Assembly (NCBI GenBank): GCA_047495785.1
Contig: JBLDXI010000020.1
Location: forward strand, 496,001 to 560,000
Length of the DNA: 64,000 nucleotides
Source: Lepidodermella squamata
Taxonomy: Eukaryota > Animalia > Gastrotricha
Reading direction: 5' to 3'
The notes beneath the pieces are model-generated. The model did not search any database. It worked only from the letters and a program-made list of their open reading frames with translations, and was not told the DNA's origin. The position numbers and the translations under genes were made by a program. This document shows positions 13,961-26,615 of this stretch, one piece after another. Numbering within the stretch: the stretch's first letter is position 1; each line of letters starts with the position of its first letter.

Positions 13961-14002
13961 CACTATAGATTTTAAAAATCCTAGGGATTAAAATAAAAAC
14001 AG

Positions 14003-14129
14003 AATTGTTTCTACAGTCCACATGTCTACATTCATGAGAGCTAATAATTATTGACGGTAGTATATGCCAAGTTATATAAAAAAGACAACCCGACCACAGC
14101 AGTGACAAATGGGGGCAAATGGTCAGAGG
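14003..14129 (-). ncRNA. Candidate intronic H/ACA snoRNA-like element in RPS5 intron 1
   Basis: Hairpin CTGACCAT...GTGGTCGG, H-box-like ATATAA (14077-14072), second stem CTACCGTC...GACTGTAG, then ACA (14008-14006). Pseudouridylation pockets are not convincing. Confidence 0.3.
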
Positions 14130-14206
14130 ATAGTGGTGAAAATAAAAGAGGAATAAGGTATATATAAATCTGAAATTTTTGAAACTTCAAAAAGAGCATC
14201 GCGTAC

Positions 14207-14262
14207 CGCCTTTCTATATGTTCCGCGGGTCGATTTCACCTAAGAACAAACCGCTGGGAAAG
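14207..14262 (-). promoter_or_regulatory. Putative non-coding first exon of RPS5 starting at a TCT/5'TOP-like CTTTCCC
   Basis: CTTTCCC on the minus strand at 14262-14256; donor G|GTACGC at 14206; acceptor TAG at 13965-13963, 2 nt before the ATG. Confidence 0.5.
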
Positions 14263-14600
14263 CAAATCCTGCGTGTTACGTCGCGAAAACTGAGGCCCTT
14301 GTAAAATCATTCAATTAGCTTTGTAGCATATAAATAAAAACTTAAAAATATCTAATTTAAATTAATATTTTAACAAATAGTCACAAATTAAAAACTATTT
14401 GCGCGGTAATTTTTCGCGTGCATGCGGCTTTAGCCACGTGGCTGGCAACTTTTAAGCGGCTTGGAAACGGCTGTTTTAACGTTGGTTAACGTAGTTAGAG
14501 CTACTTGAGTTTAGCATAGCGTTACGGTATTCCAATGCATACTAAGATATTAAGATTTTATCTAAGTGATGCATGTCAGTTGATTATTTTTGTGCTCTAG

Positions 14601-15115
14601 GTAGCATTTACGCCTTGCCGTTGAAGTGATGTAATGGTGATGCTTGATAGTGTGATAGCAAGGTTTTTGGAAGTGCAATTTAGCATTGCTTAAGGCTGAA
14701 ATGAGGGATAGAACCGACTTTAGAGCTAGGGTCACGCTTAGAATTGGGTTTGTGAGTCAAAAGGAAATTTTGTCCCTAATTGATTGGTCCACCGCTACAT
14801 ATGCATAATGGTGGGGAAGCGGCCTACTACTGCTACATGTTTTGGGTGTCATCGATTTCAGCTAGTTGATTGAGTGCCTAGTGTGGGCATTTGCTCTGGC
14901 ATTGGACATTGGCTCTGAAGCATTTTGGCTGCCACCAATGAGGTGAGTAAAGTGTATTTTATTGAAATTGACTAGCACTCCTTGGAATTGTTTCACGAAC
15001 TTATTTTTTGTGCAACAAATCTGCATCGTGCTTAGAGTTACGAAAATGTTCAGTCTGTTTCTGGCACATCATATGCTAGTAGACATTGGTTATAATTTTG
15101 ACATCTCTTTTTCAG
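14601..15115 (+). ncRNA. Possible spliced non-coding transcript (or distal 5'UTR exon) divergent from RPS5
   Basis: Acceptor ttttgtgctctag ending at 14600, consensus donor AG|GTGAGT at 14943 and acceptor ctctttttcag ending at 15115; no ORF of 60 aa or more in the exon. Confidence 0.3.
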
Positions 15116-17751
15116 ATTGTAATACGCGGCTTCTTCAAAATTGAGCGTCGACAGGGCAAGCCATTCCAAATCATGCAATTTCTACCTCAAATATCTCAAA
15201 GCTGGTGCCACTTTTCCTATGTTTGTACTCGTACTTTTTAAAACAATATGAGGGTCTAATAAACGAATGTTCATTCTTCTGACTTGAGTGTTGCGACGGT
15301 TAAATAATTGTTAAATGCCGAAGGCGAAACAGATGGTTGGCATCACGTTCGTGTAATATCGATTCACATGTTTGATGAAATACACGAGGCATGATTCCGA
15401 ATAACACTGCTGAAAATCATTTCCCAACTTTATTTCCGTGTAGCAGTTCGATTGTGAATTTGGCGTTGGTTAGATTCTGAGTTTTACGAGTGTGTACAGA
15501 AATGAGACCGTCCGCAAGAAATGCTGTGGTGATTTTTTCAGAGGTTCGTATCGAAAGCCCAGTCACAACGTTTTTTGATTGTGACTCACCGTACCATTGT
15601 GTAAATTATCACAGCTTTACTTGCGTACGGTCTCAAATCAACGTCTTTGAGAATTCTCTTTCGGTGATGTTATTTGAGACTTGGTATCTGATTCCAGCAC
15701 ATACTCGGCCTCTGTTGTCAATAGAAAACGGACGTTGCACATAAATGAGTGCAAATCAGCTTGCAAGTCACTCGTTTGATTCTCCAAAATAAGGAATGGC
15801 CCGAATCACTAGCCACGTCTCATTTATGAGCAATCTCGTGGTTGCTTTATCATGCTAATCCTCATCAATCACCCTGGTGTATGAACTAGCGACTCGTGTT
15901 CGTTGAAATTGCGTATTGGTTCTGTTACCTGAGACCCGAGAAGCGGTTCTGATATTAAACTATTCTTATAGCCATTTGAGCCAAACTTTCTGATGCATAA
16001 TCAATTTTACGCAATAGTCTCCATTTATTTTACAGGAAAATTTACCAGAATCACTTCTCACGTCTCAACTTTACTTCATTCGTTACTTTATTCTGCGATC
16101 TGCCCTCACTGTTTTATATTTACTTGGAAATCTTGGGCTTATCGTCATATTTGAATCAGCCATTTCTATGTGATTGCAGCCGATCTACACTAGACCCCCA
16201 AATCAAACTATGGCTTTCTGAGCGAATAATTCGAAATCACACGAGGTTCTCAATAACATGTGGCTAGTATAACCGGAACAAATTGTTGTTGTTTGGTCAC
16301 ACACTGCCGTCGGGTAGCAGGATAGGTAGCTCAAGTTGAGTTGGGTTTGCGCAAACAAACATGCAATAATTGGTCGAACTCAGTGATTGGTATTCTCAGA
16401 TTTGTTATGGAAATCCATTTCCGTTCAAATCATCAAATAATAGTGAACTGTTATTTGAAGAAGGAATTGGTTCAATTAATTTTTGTTTATTCCGCGGTTG
16501 AAAATGAAGAATCTTGCTTCTCGCCCTTAGCTTTTTCCGTGCAAATATTGCCAGAAACGCCTCGTATCTCAACCTTGTGTCTATACTAAGGAGCTGACTT
16601 CTTTCATTCGATTTGCATGCATTCTCATTCCTTTGAGAATCATCGAAGGGTTGAATTGTTCTTGTGAGAATTCTAGACCTTCAAGTTGGGCAATTACTTC
16701 TGTCTGATGGTGCTTCTGCTTCGGGAGTAAGAAAATATGTGCTTCAGAGGCTGTTTTTGCACTTGCGTGCCAGCTTATTGAAAATAAATGCGTGCAACAC
16801 TGTCTATGATCAAAACATTTCGCCCATAAATTCTTTATGCGATTAATTATCGGACCGATGTTTGGTGTGATGGCCTACATGCATACGATTTCTGAATAAT
16901 AATTCATTTTTAATTTGTGGCGATCAGCGCTTCTTGTTTATCTTCACGCCCGTCAACTATTTGTCACCTGCATGTTTTTCAACCTTTTGTTGAGCAAACT
17001 CATCTTAATGTATTTTGCGTGAAATTTTTCCCCAACTATGAATCTGTGTGTGTAGTTGTGCGTGTCGATCAGAGAGTGGGCCGGTGGTCAAAACACCGCG
17101 CCCACCGGTGACTGTGTCATAAGTCGCAACTTCAGTGCTTTTGTGTGTGATCGAAGCGCTGGCTCGTTAATAATTGACGAGGCCTCGCCGCGCTGTTGGA
17201 TTCGCGTTTGTCTACGGTTGGTGTAGCCGGCGTGTTTGCGCGTATTTATTCCGTAGCTTCGAATGACAACATTGGCTGATCGGTCCGGCAATGTCGTGTG
17301 ATAGCGAGCGAAAGATGCTTTATAATATATTTATGTACCTACATGCCGGTGTGTATTGTAGAAGCAGCTATAATATGCACGCATTACTATTATTATTTGT
17401 ATGTAATATTGCTGAGTTGGGAGCTGCCGGCGAGGTGGTAGGTAGTCTCGCGCAGTCGCATGCAGTCACAGCCAACACTGTGTACCGATGTTTAGGCAAG
17501 CGGGGAAGGGAAGGCCTGCGAGAGAAATCGATTTGAGCGCGCGCGCTGTTTGTGCACCTCCCGCCGCCTGTACCTGCGCCATCGCCGTCGTCGATCTAGC
17601 AGTGTGTACTATAATATTCTTTTATGCATTGCACCGCCGTTTATATATCTAGCCATCGTCATCATCGCCGATGTGCGCTTTAGTCAAATTCGCATTTAGC
17701 TTGCGCGCGCCCGCGTGTAGTCAGATATTCGATTGAAGCCGATGAACGAAG

Positions 17752-17798
17752 GAGCGAGTGAGCGAGCGAGCGAGCGAGCGAGCGACAACAACAACAAC
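17752..17798 (+). repeat. Compound microsatellite (GAGC)n(CAA)n
   Basis: About 8 GAGC units followed by about 4 CAA units, inside a CpG-rich region upstream of the KH gene. Confidence 0.9.
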
Positions 17799-19472
17799 GG
17801 CGATAGCAATAACAATGCGCGCCCGTTGTTGATGTTGTTGTTCCATCTAGGCAGCAATAATAGTCGTGGTGGCACAGGGACAGGTAGTAGCAATAGCGGC
17901 AGTTCGTTAGTTTGTTGTAGTTTGGGCCATGGGTGTGTCCCTGTGGCCGGCGTCCACTCGCGCCCTCCTCGGTCTTGTTGCTCTCAGTCGAAGGCGGCTG
18001 TGGGCTACCGGAAGAGGAAGGGAATATATTTATTATACACACGTGTACGCTAGAACAACACCGCCGCTGTAGACGGGCCTCGAGGGCGTCTGCAATAAAA
18101 TTGAGCTTGTCGTGCTCTCCGCCACCACCCGTTTGTCTCGCCGTCGTCGGCTGTCGGCAAGCGGGGGGCGGGCTAATAATTCATAAATCAGCAGTGATCC
18201 CATATTCCGACACTGTATTATCGCCCTTAATATTCTGATTCTGATTAGATGATGCTCCCAAAAGCGTAATCGCGAAAACACAACAATAACAACAAGCCCA
18301 GCCACCCATCACCCCTCCTACCTTCATTGCATTCATATTGTATCGGCGGCGGCTATTAATATTTGCTACCGGCCCAAATCATCATCTACATGCCGCGTCA
18401 ATAAAAGCGGGTCTGGCAGTTGTTGTTTTGTTCTCGCGGTTTAGTTGTCACTTAGCGATGTGCGTGATAGGTTTTCGTGTTTTTCGTCCGATTCCGCGCA
18501 TTTCTGCTTCAGTTTGCGAATTTCATTTCTTTATTGCACATTGCATTTGGCGACTCTACCGCCGCCTCCCTAGATCGCAATGTGAAATAAAGCAGCAACT
18601 GGGCAGCTTCTAAGGTTTTCTCTGTCTCGAATTAGATGCAATCGGACGCCGTCGCTGCGCCTGATCATCGCGAGTAATGCGCATCTTCACCTTTGTCGCC
18701 GACGGTTTCGTTTTAGTTTAATTAATGTCATCTGCTGAGTATCGAAATCGACGCGACTTACTCACCTTAGCGCTAATACTATTGCTACTAGTAGCAGGAC
18801 ACAGAGACAGTAAAAGGCGGCCGCCTTTAGCTCGATGACCTGCTCGCGTTCGTAGAATTACGATATTAGCCGCTGCTGCTCATCCTCTATAGCGGCCTGT
18901 AATTCGGCCTAATTGGCCTCTACACTTCGTGTCACATCCGCTATCCATTTTCGCTAATCCACACCTTTCAACGCGCGTCTGACACTCATCGTCGCGATTG
19001 CTGCCGTACAACTGTGAGTGTTTGCCGCTTGCAGTTGTTTACGGCGCCGTCGCGAATACCTAGCCCGCGATGCGCTCGCCGCTGCCGCATTATCTTTCAG
19101 TCACTTGGCCGCCATTTAGCAATTAGTCGCCGCTCGGGTGGGGTTTCACAACAAACGTGAATTGTACCTGTCTGCTCGCGCGCGGGCGCTCTGCTTTCAA
19201 TCTCGCTCTCGATCAGGCGTTGTCTCACGCATCATGTGGCGCTGCTCATCGTTCATTTGATAATTCTGCGCGCTTCGCTGTCGTCTTGAATTTCGTCTTC
19301 TGTGCCTTCGCTTCGCACATCCTGCCTGCATCAAACGTGCCAATTTACGTGATCTGTCATTTTCATTTACGCCTAACACTGCGCCGGCCACCTCGCGTGG
19401 CCACAAACAGCCGCATTTCATTTTCCATTTTGTCTCCCCTAGTTTAGACAACATTTTGTCTTTTTATCATTC

Positions 19473-21877
19473 ATGGCCTCATACCCGCCTGCGCGTCCAC
19501 GTCCTCGTAAAACTGCTGCTAAGCGTGAGCCCGTCGAACCCCACAACGGCCCGCCTCCCACTTCGAAACATCCCGATGTATCGCTGAAGATCCGTCTACT
19601 CATCCACACAATGGTTTGTTTCTGGCCTTAATTATTTGTAACATTGCTTATTTTATATATTTTCATAACAGCAAGTCGGCGCTGTGATTGGAAGAGCTGG
19701 TGAAAGGATCAAGAATCTTCGTAAAAATGTAAGTCGCATTGCGAGTTTGACCTAAAGCTGTCTAGTCCCGTTGTGTGTTTTCTTGATGCTAAACCTTGTC
19801 TGTGTTGTATTTCCTTACATAAACCCTACGCGTTCCGACCGACCCTGATCCGAACCCTGACCCGAAAAACCTACCATCGAACCTTGTTTGTATGTCCATA
19901 ACCAATCGTCCTTATATTCCGGGTTTGTAGTTCAGCGCCGTCATTGAAGTTGTGTCCGACTCTGAAAACCAAATCCCTGAACGGTTTGTTACTTGAACCT
20001 TAACCAACTAACCCTTGCAACGAATACCGATCACAAAACCAAGAAAGCATTGCCCTTTTTATATTATTTTTTCATTTTGTTTTCCTTTTCACCATGAAAA
20101 CAGTACGCTCACCATGTCGGCTACGATAAAAAATCTGCTGGCGATCATGCAAGAGCTGATTCCGGTGCTGAATGAAAGCCCGCCGCCGCCTCTACGTCAT
20201 CAGAAAAACGGAACAAGCGAAAATAACATTCGCCTTCTGGTTCACTACGTCGTCGCTGGATCGGTGATTGGCACAGGCGGGACGAATATTCGCAAGCTAC
20301 GGCAAGAAACCGGCGCTCACATCACGGTGTTCCCCGAATGCTGCCCGTCCTCGAGCGATCGCGTCATTCTCGCCTCAGGGTCGCTCGAATCTGTCATGGC
20401 GACGATGACTGCCGTACTCGATACGATCGCCGAGACTGACATTCGCGGGCAGGCCTTCCCGTACAATCCGTTTCAATCGTATCAACCCGGTATGATCCAG
20501 TCATATGGTGGCTTCCCGATGTTGAACGCCTACGGTCATGAAATGCCGCCTCAGTTCGCTGGGCCATACCCAGGTGGTAGCCAATACGATCACCCGCCAC
20601 TGCCGCCTCCTCTCTTCGGCGGGCCTCCGTCAATGCCAATGCCCCCGCCGTTGACAATGGACCCGGGCTATGGTTACTATCAGCCGCCGATGTACAATCC
20701 CTATCAACAACATGCCATGCAAGGGCAGCCTATGGATCGCAATCACAAGGGGACGAAAAGACGCCGCGTTGATGCTTCTCCTGAACCGATTCCTGGCCCT
20801 CCACCGCAAATGATCGCGCCTAGCTACATTCCACCGCCGTTGGTCAACGATGACCGCCCCTCAAGCAGCGGCTACACTGGCGGGTACTACTCGAACGGAT
20901 CCGGTGAGAAATCAGGCAAGATGCCTCGATACTTCGATGCAGAAGACAACAACATCTCCAATCATGGCGGGCTGCCTCCGAGTTTGATTTCAGAACCACC
21001 GATGCACCGGCAATACGCTTCGCAGTACGAACCGCCGCCTCAGAACGTGCCAATGCCGGTGCCACCGCCGCAGCCGGCACAGCAGGAGCAGCAAAGGGCC
21101 TCGGAACCGCCGCCACTGTTGTTCCCCCAGCAACCGGCGGCACAGGCAAGCGAGAAGTACACGATTCCGCCTGAAGCGGCCGGTGCCGTGATCGGACCGC
21201 GAGGCAAACGCGCCCATTTCGTTCGGCAGACGACCGGTGCTCGCGTGACGATTTCCGACGACGTGACCAAGTCAGGCAATCGTATCATTACTCTGACGGG
21301 AACGAAGGCACAAGTCGACGCAGCCAAGCATCACATGCGGACGTAGTAAGTTCATTTTTTGTTTCAAACCAAGTCGCATTATATTCATTCGCAAATGACT
21401 ACATTCGTTTCTAAAAGTTCAGCTACACGTACATTTGTATTTTTGTTGTCTTGTGTTCGTTTCGTCGTTTTGTTCGTTTTGTTTCGCGGGTGGGGTGGGT
21501 TCGTTGAAGAGGTCGTTCCGGCATGGAAGACTGGTGATTTTGTTGTTGGAAGCTGATAGCTACGGGCGAAGGCGGTTGTGAGCAACAATGAGTCACTCGT
21601 TTTCCTAATCGGGCTTCCGTGAAACTAACAGCAGCTTCACGTGTTGTGCCATTTATGTTGTTGTCGTTTCGTTGACGTTTCGTTCTTACATTCACACATC
21701 ACACATTTGAATTGCTACACTCTACGCCTATTTTATGTTCTAATTTCCGCTTTTCAAAACGAATCGCTTTGTTTCTTTTTCAGCCTTGCCGAGTTCTATC
21801 GCGCTCAGCAGCAACAGCCTGGCCAGACTACCTCTGACTTTTTCAACAACAGGGACGGCATCAATTTTTGTGATTGA
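19473..21877 (+). CDS. HNRNPK: hnRNP K-like triple-KH-domain RNA-binding protein
   Basis: Exons 19473-19613, 19672-19728, 19931-19983, 20104-21345, 21784-21877. KH1 GAVIGRAG; KH2 GSVIGTGG with ITVFPECCPSSSDRV (hnRNP K-type ECCPxSxDRV); KH3 GAVIGPRG..RIITLTGT after a long linker. Confidence 0.88.
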
Positions 21878-21921
21878 AAAATGATTCAATTTCGAAGAGA
21901 AATTATCCAGTGATCAAAGTG

Positions 21922-21927
21922 AATAAA
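21922..21927 (+). terminator. Polyadenylation signal of the hnRNP K-like gene
   Basis: AATAAA 45 nt after the stop, followed by T-rich sequence. Confidence 0.6.
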
Positions 21928-24137
21928 AACATGTATTCTTTTTTAATGTTTCGTCTTTTTACTTATGAGAATTCAAACAGATACCAAAGAGTGAATGTTC
22001 TGTGATGAGAAAAAATGCCGATTCCTGGAATAATTCATATTCCCATAAATGTCCAATCCATGATCCAAAGCCCAAGTTGAATGCCGATATAATGCACCAT
22101 TATTGAGCAATCAGGACATATGCAAAGATCTCGCATGATCTAAAACGAGCATGTGCTCACGCTAGATAAAAATATTGCTTGGGAAGTAGTTCCTCAGCTT
22201 CATTATCTCGCTACTCCTTCATTAATGAAAGCTGTTTATGCTGTTTATGCTATCGAAAATCGAAACAGGAAGGCAGGAGTTACCTAGAAGCATTGGGTTG
22301 AGACACAGGGGGTGAGCCCACTCTGAAATGTTACCCAATGAAGGTAGCTGAATAGTTTAACCTTCCGAGAGCTTCCGCAAATGTATGCCAAGATTATCTA
22401 ATATCTGATATTACATCTGATACATATTGTTCGCAGCTCATGAATCTACATTCTGAGGTCATGACATCGACTATCAAAGCCTTCTCACTGCTTCCGAAGA
22501 GTCCCGACTTTGCCATCTTCAAAGCGAACATTAACGCCTAATGTTTGAACATCTAGAACGCTCCTTAAATAGCCGAAAATTTACCCGGATATAATTCCAG
22601 CCTCAAATAAATGCCAATATAGGAGTTTCAATTCTGAATTCTGGGCACCTCTTTTCTGAACGCTTCTTAGTGCATCCGTTAACTTTGGTCGCTGGGTTTA
22701 AAACAATGAACATTGGCAATGGACAAACAATGAACGGTATTCTTTAGCCTCCTCCACTGGCTCATAATTGGAGTGATGGTATTATGTATAATTGGCGTAA
22801 TCAAAGGAGCCGTTTTACCGTTGGGTTTAGGGGAGGGTGGTCGCGAGGGCGCTTTTTAAACAAATAAATGAAATGTATTTTAATTTGGGCAGTGTGGTAT
22901 TCTTTCCCTAACTTCAGCTTGCCACATTACCTCTTTCAAACGATGTAGCCGTGACGAAAAGATGAATCTAAGGAGGAGACACCACCTCAAAATTGCTGAT
23001 TAGTTAATTTTACCAAAGTAATCATGCGCGTAGCTTCAGTAACCTACGCAATATATAAAACAGTGTTATATTGGAGACATTCTTCTCGGGTCCCAGGGTC
23101 CCAGGAACTTGATTTTCTTGTCATCAATTGCAATATCATGTCAGTCGCAGAAAGGAACAACCATGACAGAAAAAACCAATATAGGCAGGCTGCGATTTCG
23201 TAATCAGTGTTTTTCCTCATTATAACTTCTAACGATTTTCATTTTCAGATTCCAAAGTTATATTTGGATCGCGGATCGCAGATGGAATGGAGTTTTTCGA
23301 TGTGCTGTTGCCTGGTGCTTTTTTTGATGGCATTGCTCTAACCTAACCTTTTTCAGCGTTAGCGAACTTGAAAATATTATGAAGGCTCGTCTTTTACAGC
23401 TGAGTACTCAAGCATTGTCATGACGAATACCGAAAGCTACCACGCTGGTTATAACGATCTCCAATACCAAGCGTGAAGCACCGAGAACTTAGTGTCTTCT
23501 TTGATATGCGGCGTGTTTCACTAATAATTAACCTATGCTGGACTAATCCAAGACTTCTGCTTCTCCAGCTGAAACGATTAATAGCTAATAGTATGTTGAC
23601 AAGGTTTGAAGATCTCGATCGTTAAACAGCTTGTTTTCTGTGAAACCAAGTGACTAACAGCAGTAATTCAGCAGTAATTGAGTTTCCGATTGGAGTGGAA
23701 CTAAACGAATGACACAAACGAAGCCTGAGTTGCGGCTGCCAACAGGTCAACAGCTCATTTTGAACTTTTCCGTGATAATCACAAAAAACGCATAATTGAT
23801 TCTTCGCACGTTTGATTTTTATTTACAAAACAGGGGCAATCGCATTTGCTTTTACGCAGCGGCACTCATGACACCCAGACACAAACACATCTTACCAGAC
23901 ACAAACCAACAATACGACGGATGACTAAGCGCAACAAACGCAGCTATCTGAACGCGCTTCCTATCTGAATTTCAGCGTGAAAATCATTCAATATTTCAAA
24001 TTGTTTCTGTACAAGATGAGAGCAAGCGGCGTTTACACGGCAACAAAACATCCAAAACTTTTTACAACAAAAAAACCAAATGGGCATGTGAGCGTTACTG
24101 TGTGGAACACCGCCGACCTCTAATTAATTGGCTAAGT

Positions 24138-26615
24138 TCAACGTTTGTACGGGTGGTACGAGTTGCGATCTTGCCGACCGTAGTCCTCGCCCGACTTTTG
24201 CCCGTAGCCACCGGCCATCGCGCCGTCACCACCTGCGTTGTTCATGCCAAAACCGCCGTAGTTCGCCGCCTGCACGTTGCCGTCCGACCCAGTCGTCGGC
24301 GGCCCGACAGGCATCGGCATCGCGCCAGGCATGCCCGTCATATTCATCCCCGCCATGTTCATGCCAGCCATCGGCATCGTCATGCCCGCAGTCGCGCCTG
24401 GCATGCCGGGCATTCCGTACATGCCGGGAGTGGGGTAGCCCTGTGAGGAAGCAGACTTCAATAATATTTCAGTGAAACCAAAACCCAGTCCTGCGACTGG
24501 ACTCTCATCTACCTGGTACGCCGGGTTCCAGCCCATTGCGGCCCATTGTTGAGCAGCCCACGGAGCCGCCGCCATCGGACCATAATTCTTAAATCAAAAT
24601 AACATTACTGCATAGTTCGACTAATTAAGGGAGACATTTCATACCGGGTATTGGCCAATCGCAGCAGCCGCACCTGGACCAGCCAGGCCAGCGGCAGCAG
24701 CTGTCGCCGACATACCCCATGGAGTCATGTTGTTGCCGCCATCTCCATTGCCCATACCGCCGCCCATGCCGCGACCTCGACCGGAGGGTCCTCTAGTTTG
24801 AGGGGAAGCACCAACGTTTCCTGAGGGTTCGCGAGGCTCTGCGCATTTAATTTCGACCTGGCATTGATTAAAAAAACGAAGTTTATCCAAAGTTTATAAA
24901 TTTGGCATAAAAAACTGCACAAGTGCACCAAAATGCATCAAGAGAAAAGTAGCCAAGGTATAACCCCAACTAAGCCAAATATAAATAACCCAACTATGTA
25001 TATTTTTATCAATCGTAGATACGAAGTCTATAGACAAAATATGTAAATATATAACCAATCATAAATTTTACCGTAATTTAGTTAAATTAAGCCTAGTATT
25101 AAGGATTTAGAATAATTTAACCCAGTTACATTGGATAACAATAGGAGGAGGCACATGCTTTGAAATGGTGCATTCACACATGAAAAGCGCAATCGGGCGA
25201 ACAAAAATGGCGCGTGAACATGGCCTCCACAATCAAGTTCTCTTCTTTCAAGGCATACTCCAAAATACACACTTTTAAAAGAGAGCTAGCGGCAGAGGTC
25301 TATTATCACAGGTCCAGGTTTTTGTGCCACCCGGTGACCGCTCGTATTATATCACTGAAAGCAGTCATCATGTTGTAATATAATGATAATCATCAACACA
25401 GAGAGTGAGAATCATGTCGGTGTTTACCTGCTTGCCCTTGAAGTCAACAAAACGCATCTGAGTAAGGTGATTAACAGCCTCCGGCGTTTCAAATGAGACG
25501 AAGCCGAAACCTAGATCGAAGCCGCAGCCGAAGAGACAAATAAAACACAGATAAATGCAGTTGTTGATCAGTTGCCGTCGCGGGGTCGAGAATTCGCTTC
25601 TTCAACTCTGGGCTTATTAACCCATCAAGGTATTAATGTAACTTAGAGTTACAGTAATAGTACGTTTTAGTGTGGTAAGTTTTCGATTAAGTGGCAGACA
25701 AGTCATCAGTCATCACATTTTGAGCCTAGATAGCTAGGTAATATAATATAATAAATAAACAATTTAATTTAAATATTTATCGGAATTCAAACGGCTAACT
25801 TTTACCCATTCGACTCGAATCGTTAATATATTTTATAAAAATTGCCTATGACACACTTCATTCCCGGTAGTAATAATAATTATCATATTAATAGAAATAG
25901 TCAATTTTCGGAGGAAAAAATAATGAAAACTAAGGAACTCACATCTGCTTTGGCGATTTTCGGGATTCACAACGACGACTGCTTCTGTGACCTGTCAAAT
26001 ACGAGAAAATTAGGACGAGAAATTACGATATATTGAGACTTACTCGACCAAACATGGAGAAAAATTCCCGAACGTCAGTATCTTTAGCATCTTTAGGCAA
26101 GCCACCGACGAAGACCTGCAATGGAGAGGATTTCTGAGTAAACAAGGTCCCAATATCTGTTTTGTTAGTGATATGAGGTTAGCGACCGAAACCTTTTTAG
26201 ACAGCCGGCCGTCGCGATCGCCACCCATGCCGCCCATTCCGCCGCCGCCGCCTTGCATGCGATTCATGTTCATTCCTGGATTCTGAGCCCGGTTGGCTGC
26301 TGCTTGTTTCGGATTGCACCGTTTCGGATCGATCTGTTTACCGTCGAGGATGTGAGGGGCAGCAGCGAGGACGCCTTCTACTGATGAGGGTTCACGGAAT
26401 GTGACGAAACCGAAGCCCCTCGACTGGTCTGTGTTGGGGTCCCGCATGACAATGCACTCTGAAACTTCACCGTATCGACTGAAATAATTGAACATCGACT
26501 CTGAAATTATGAAAAATGTTACGTAATACTGAAGAAAAATCTGAATTTTAAACTCACGTTGCGTGGACAGCTTGCTGAGGCCACCAACAAACATTTTTCC
26601 TTCCTCGCCGCTCAT
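24138..26615 (-). CDS. DAZAP1: DAZAP1/Hrb27C-type two-RRM hnRNP protein
   Basis: Exons 26615-26558, 26500-26193, 26115-26044, 25991-25943, 25510-25428, 24857-24645, 24587-24513, 24440-24138. EEGKMFVGGL, SRGFGFVTF, PHILDGKQIDPKRCNP, KKVFVGGLP, GKQVEIKCAEPR, and a C-terminal PY-NLS-like YHPYKR. Confidence 0.88.

Noticed and set aside
17291-19454. Overlapping ORFs in the GC-rich block before the KH gene
   Set aside because: Driven by microsatellites and low complexity; no coherent protein.
25568-25716. C box (GTGATGA) and D box (CTGA) on the minus strand in a DAZAP1 intron
   Set aside because: About 150 nt apart, with no terminal stem and no recognisable rRNA guide.
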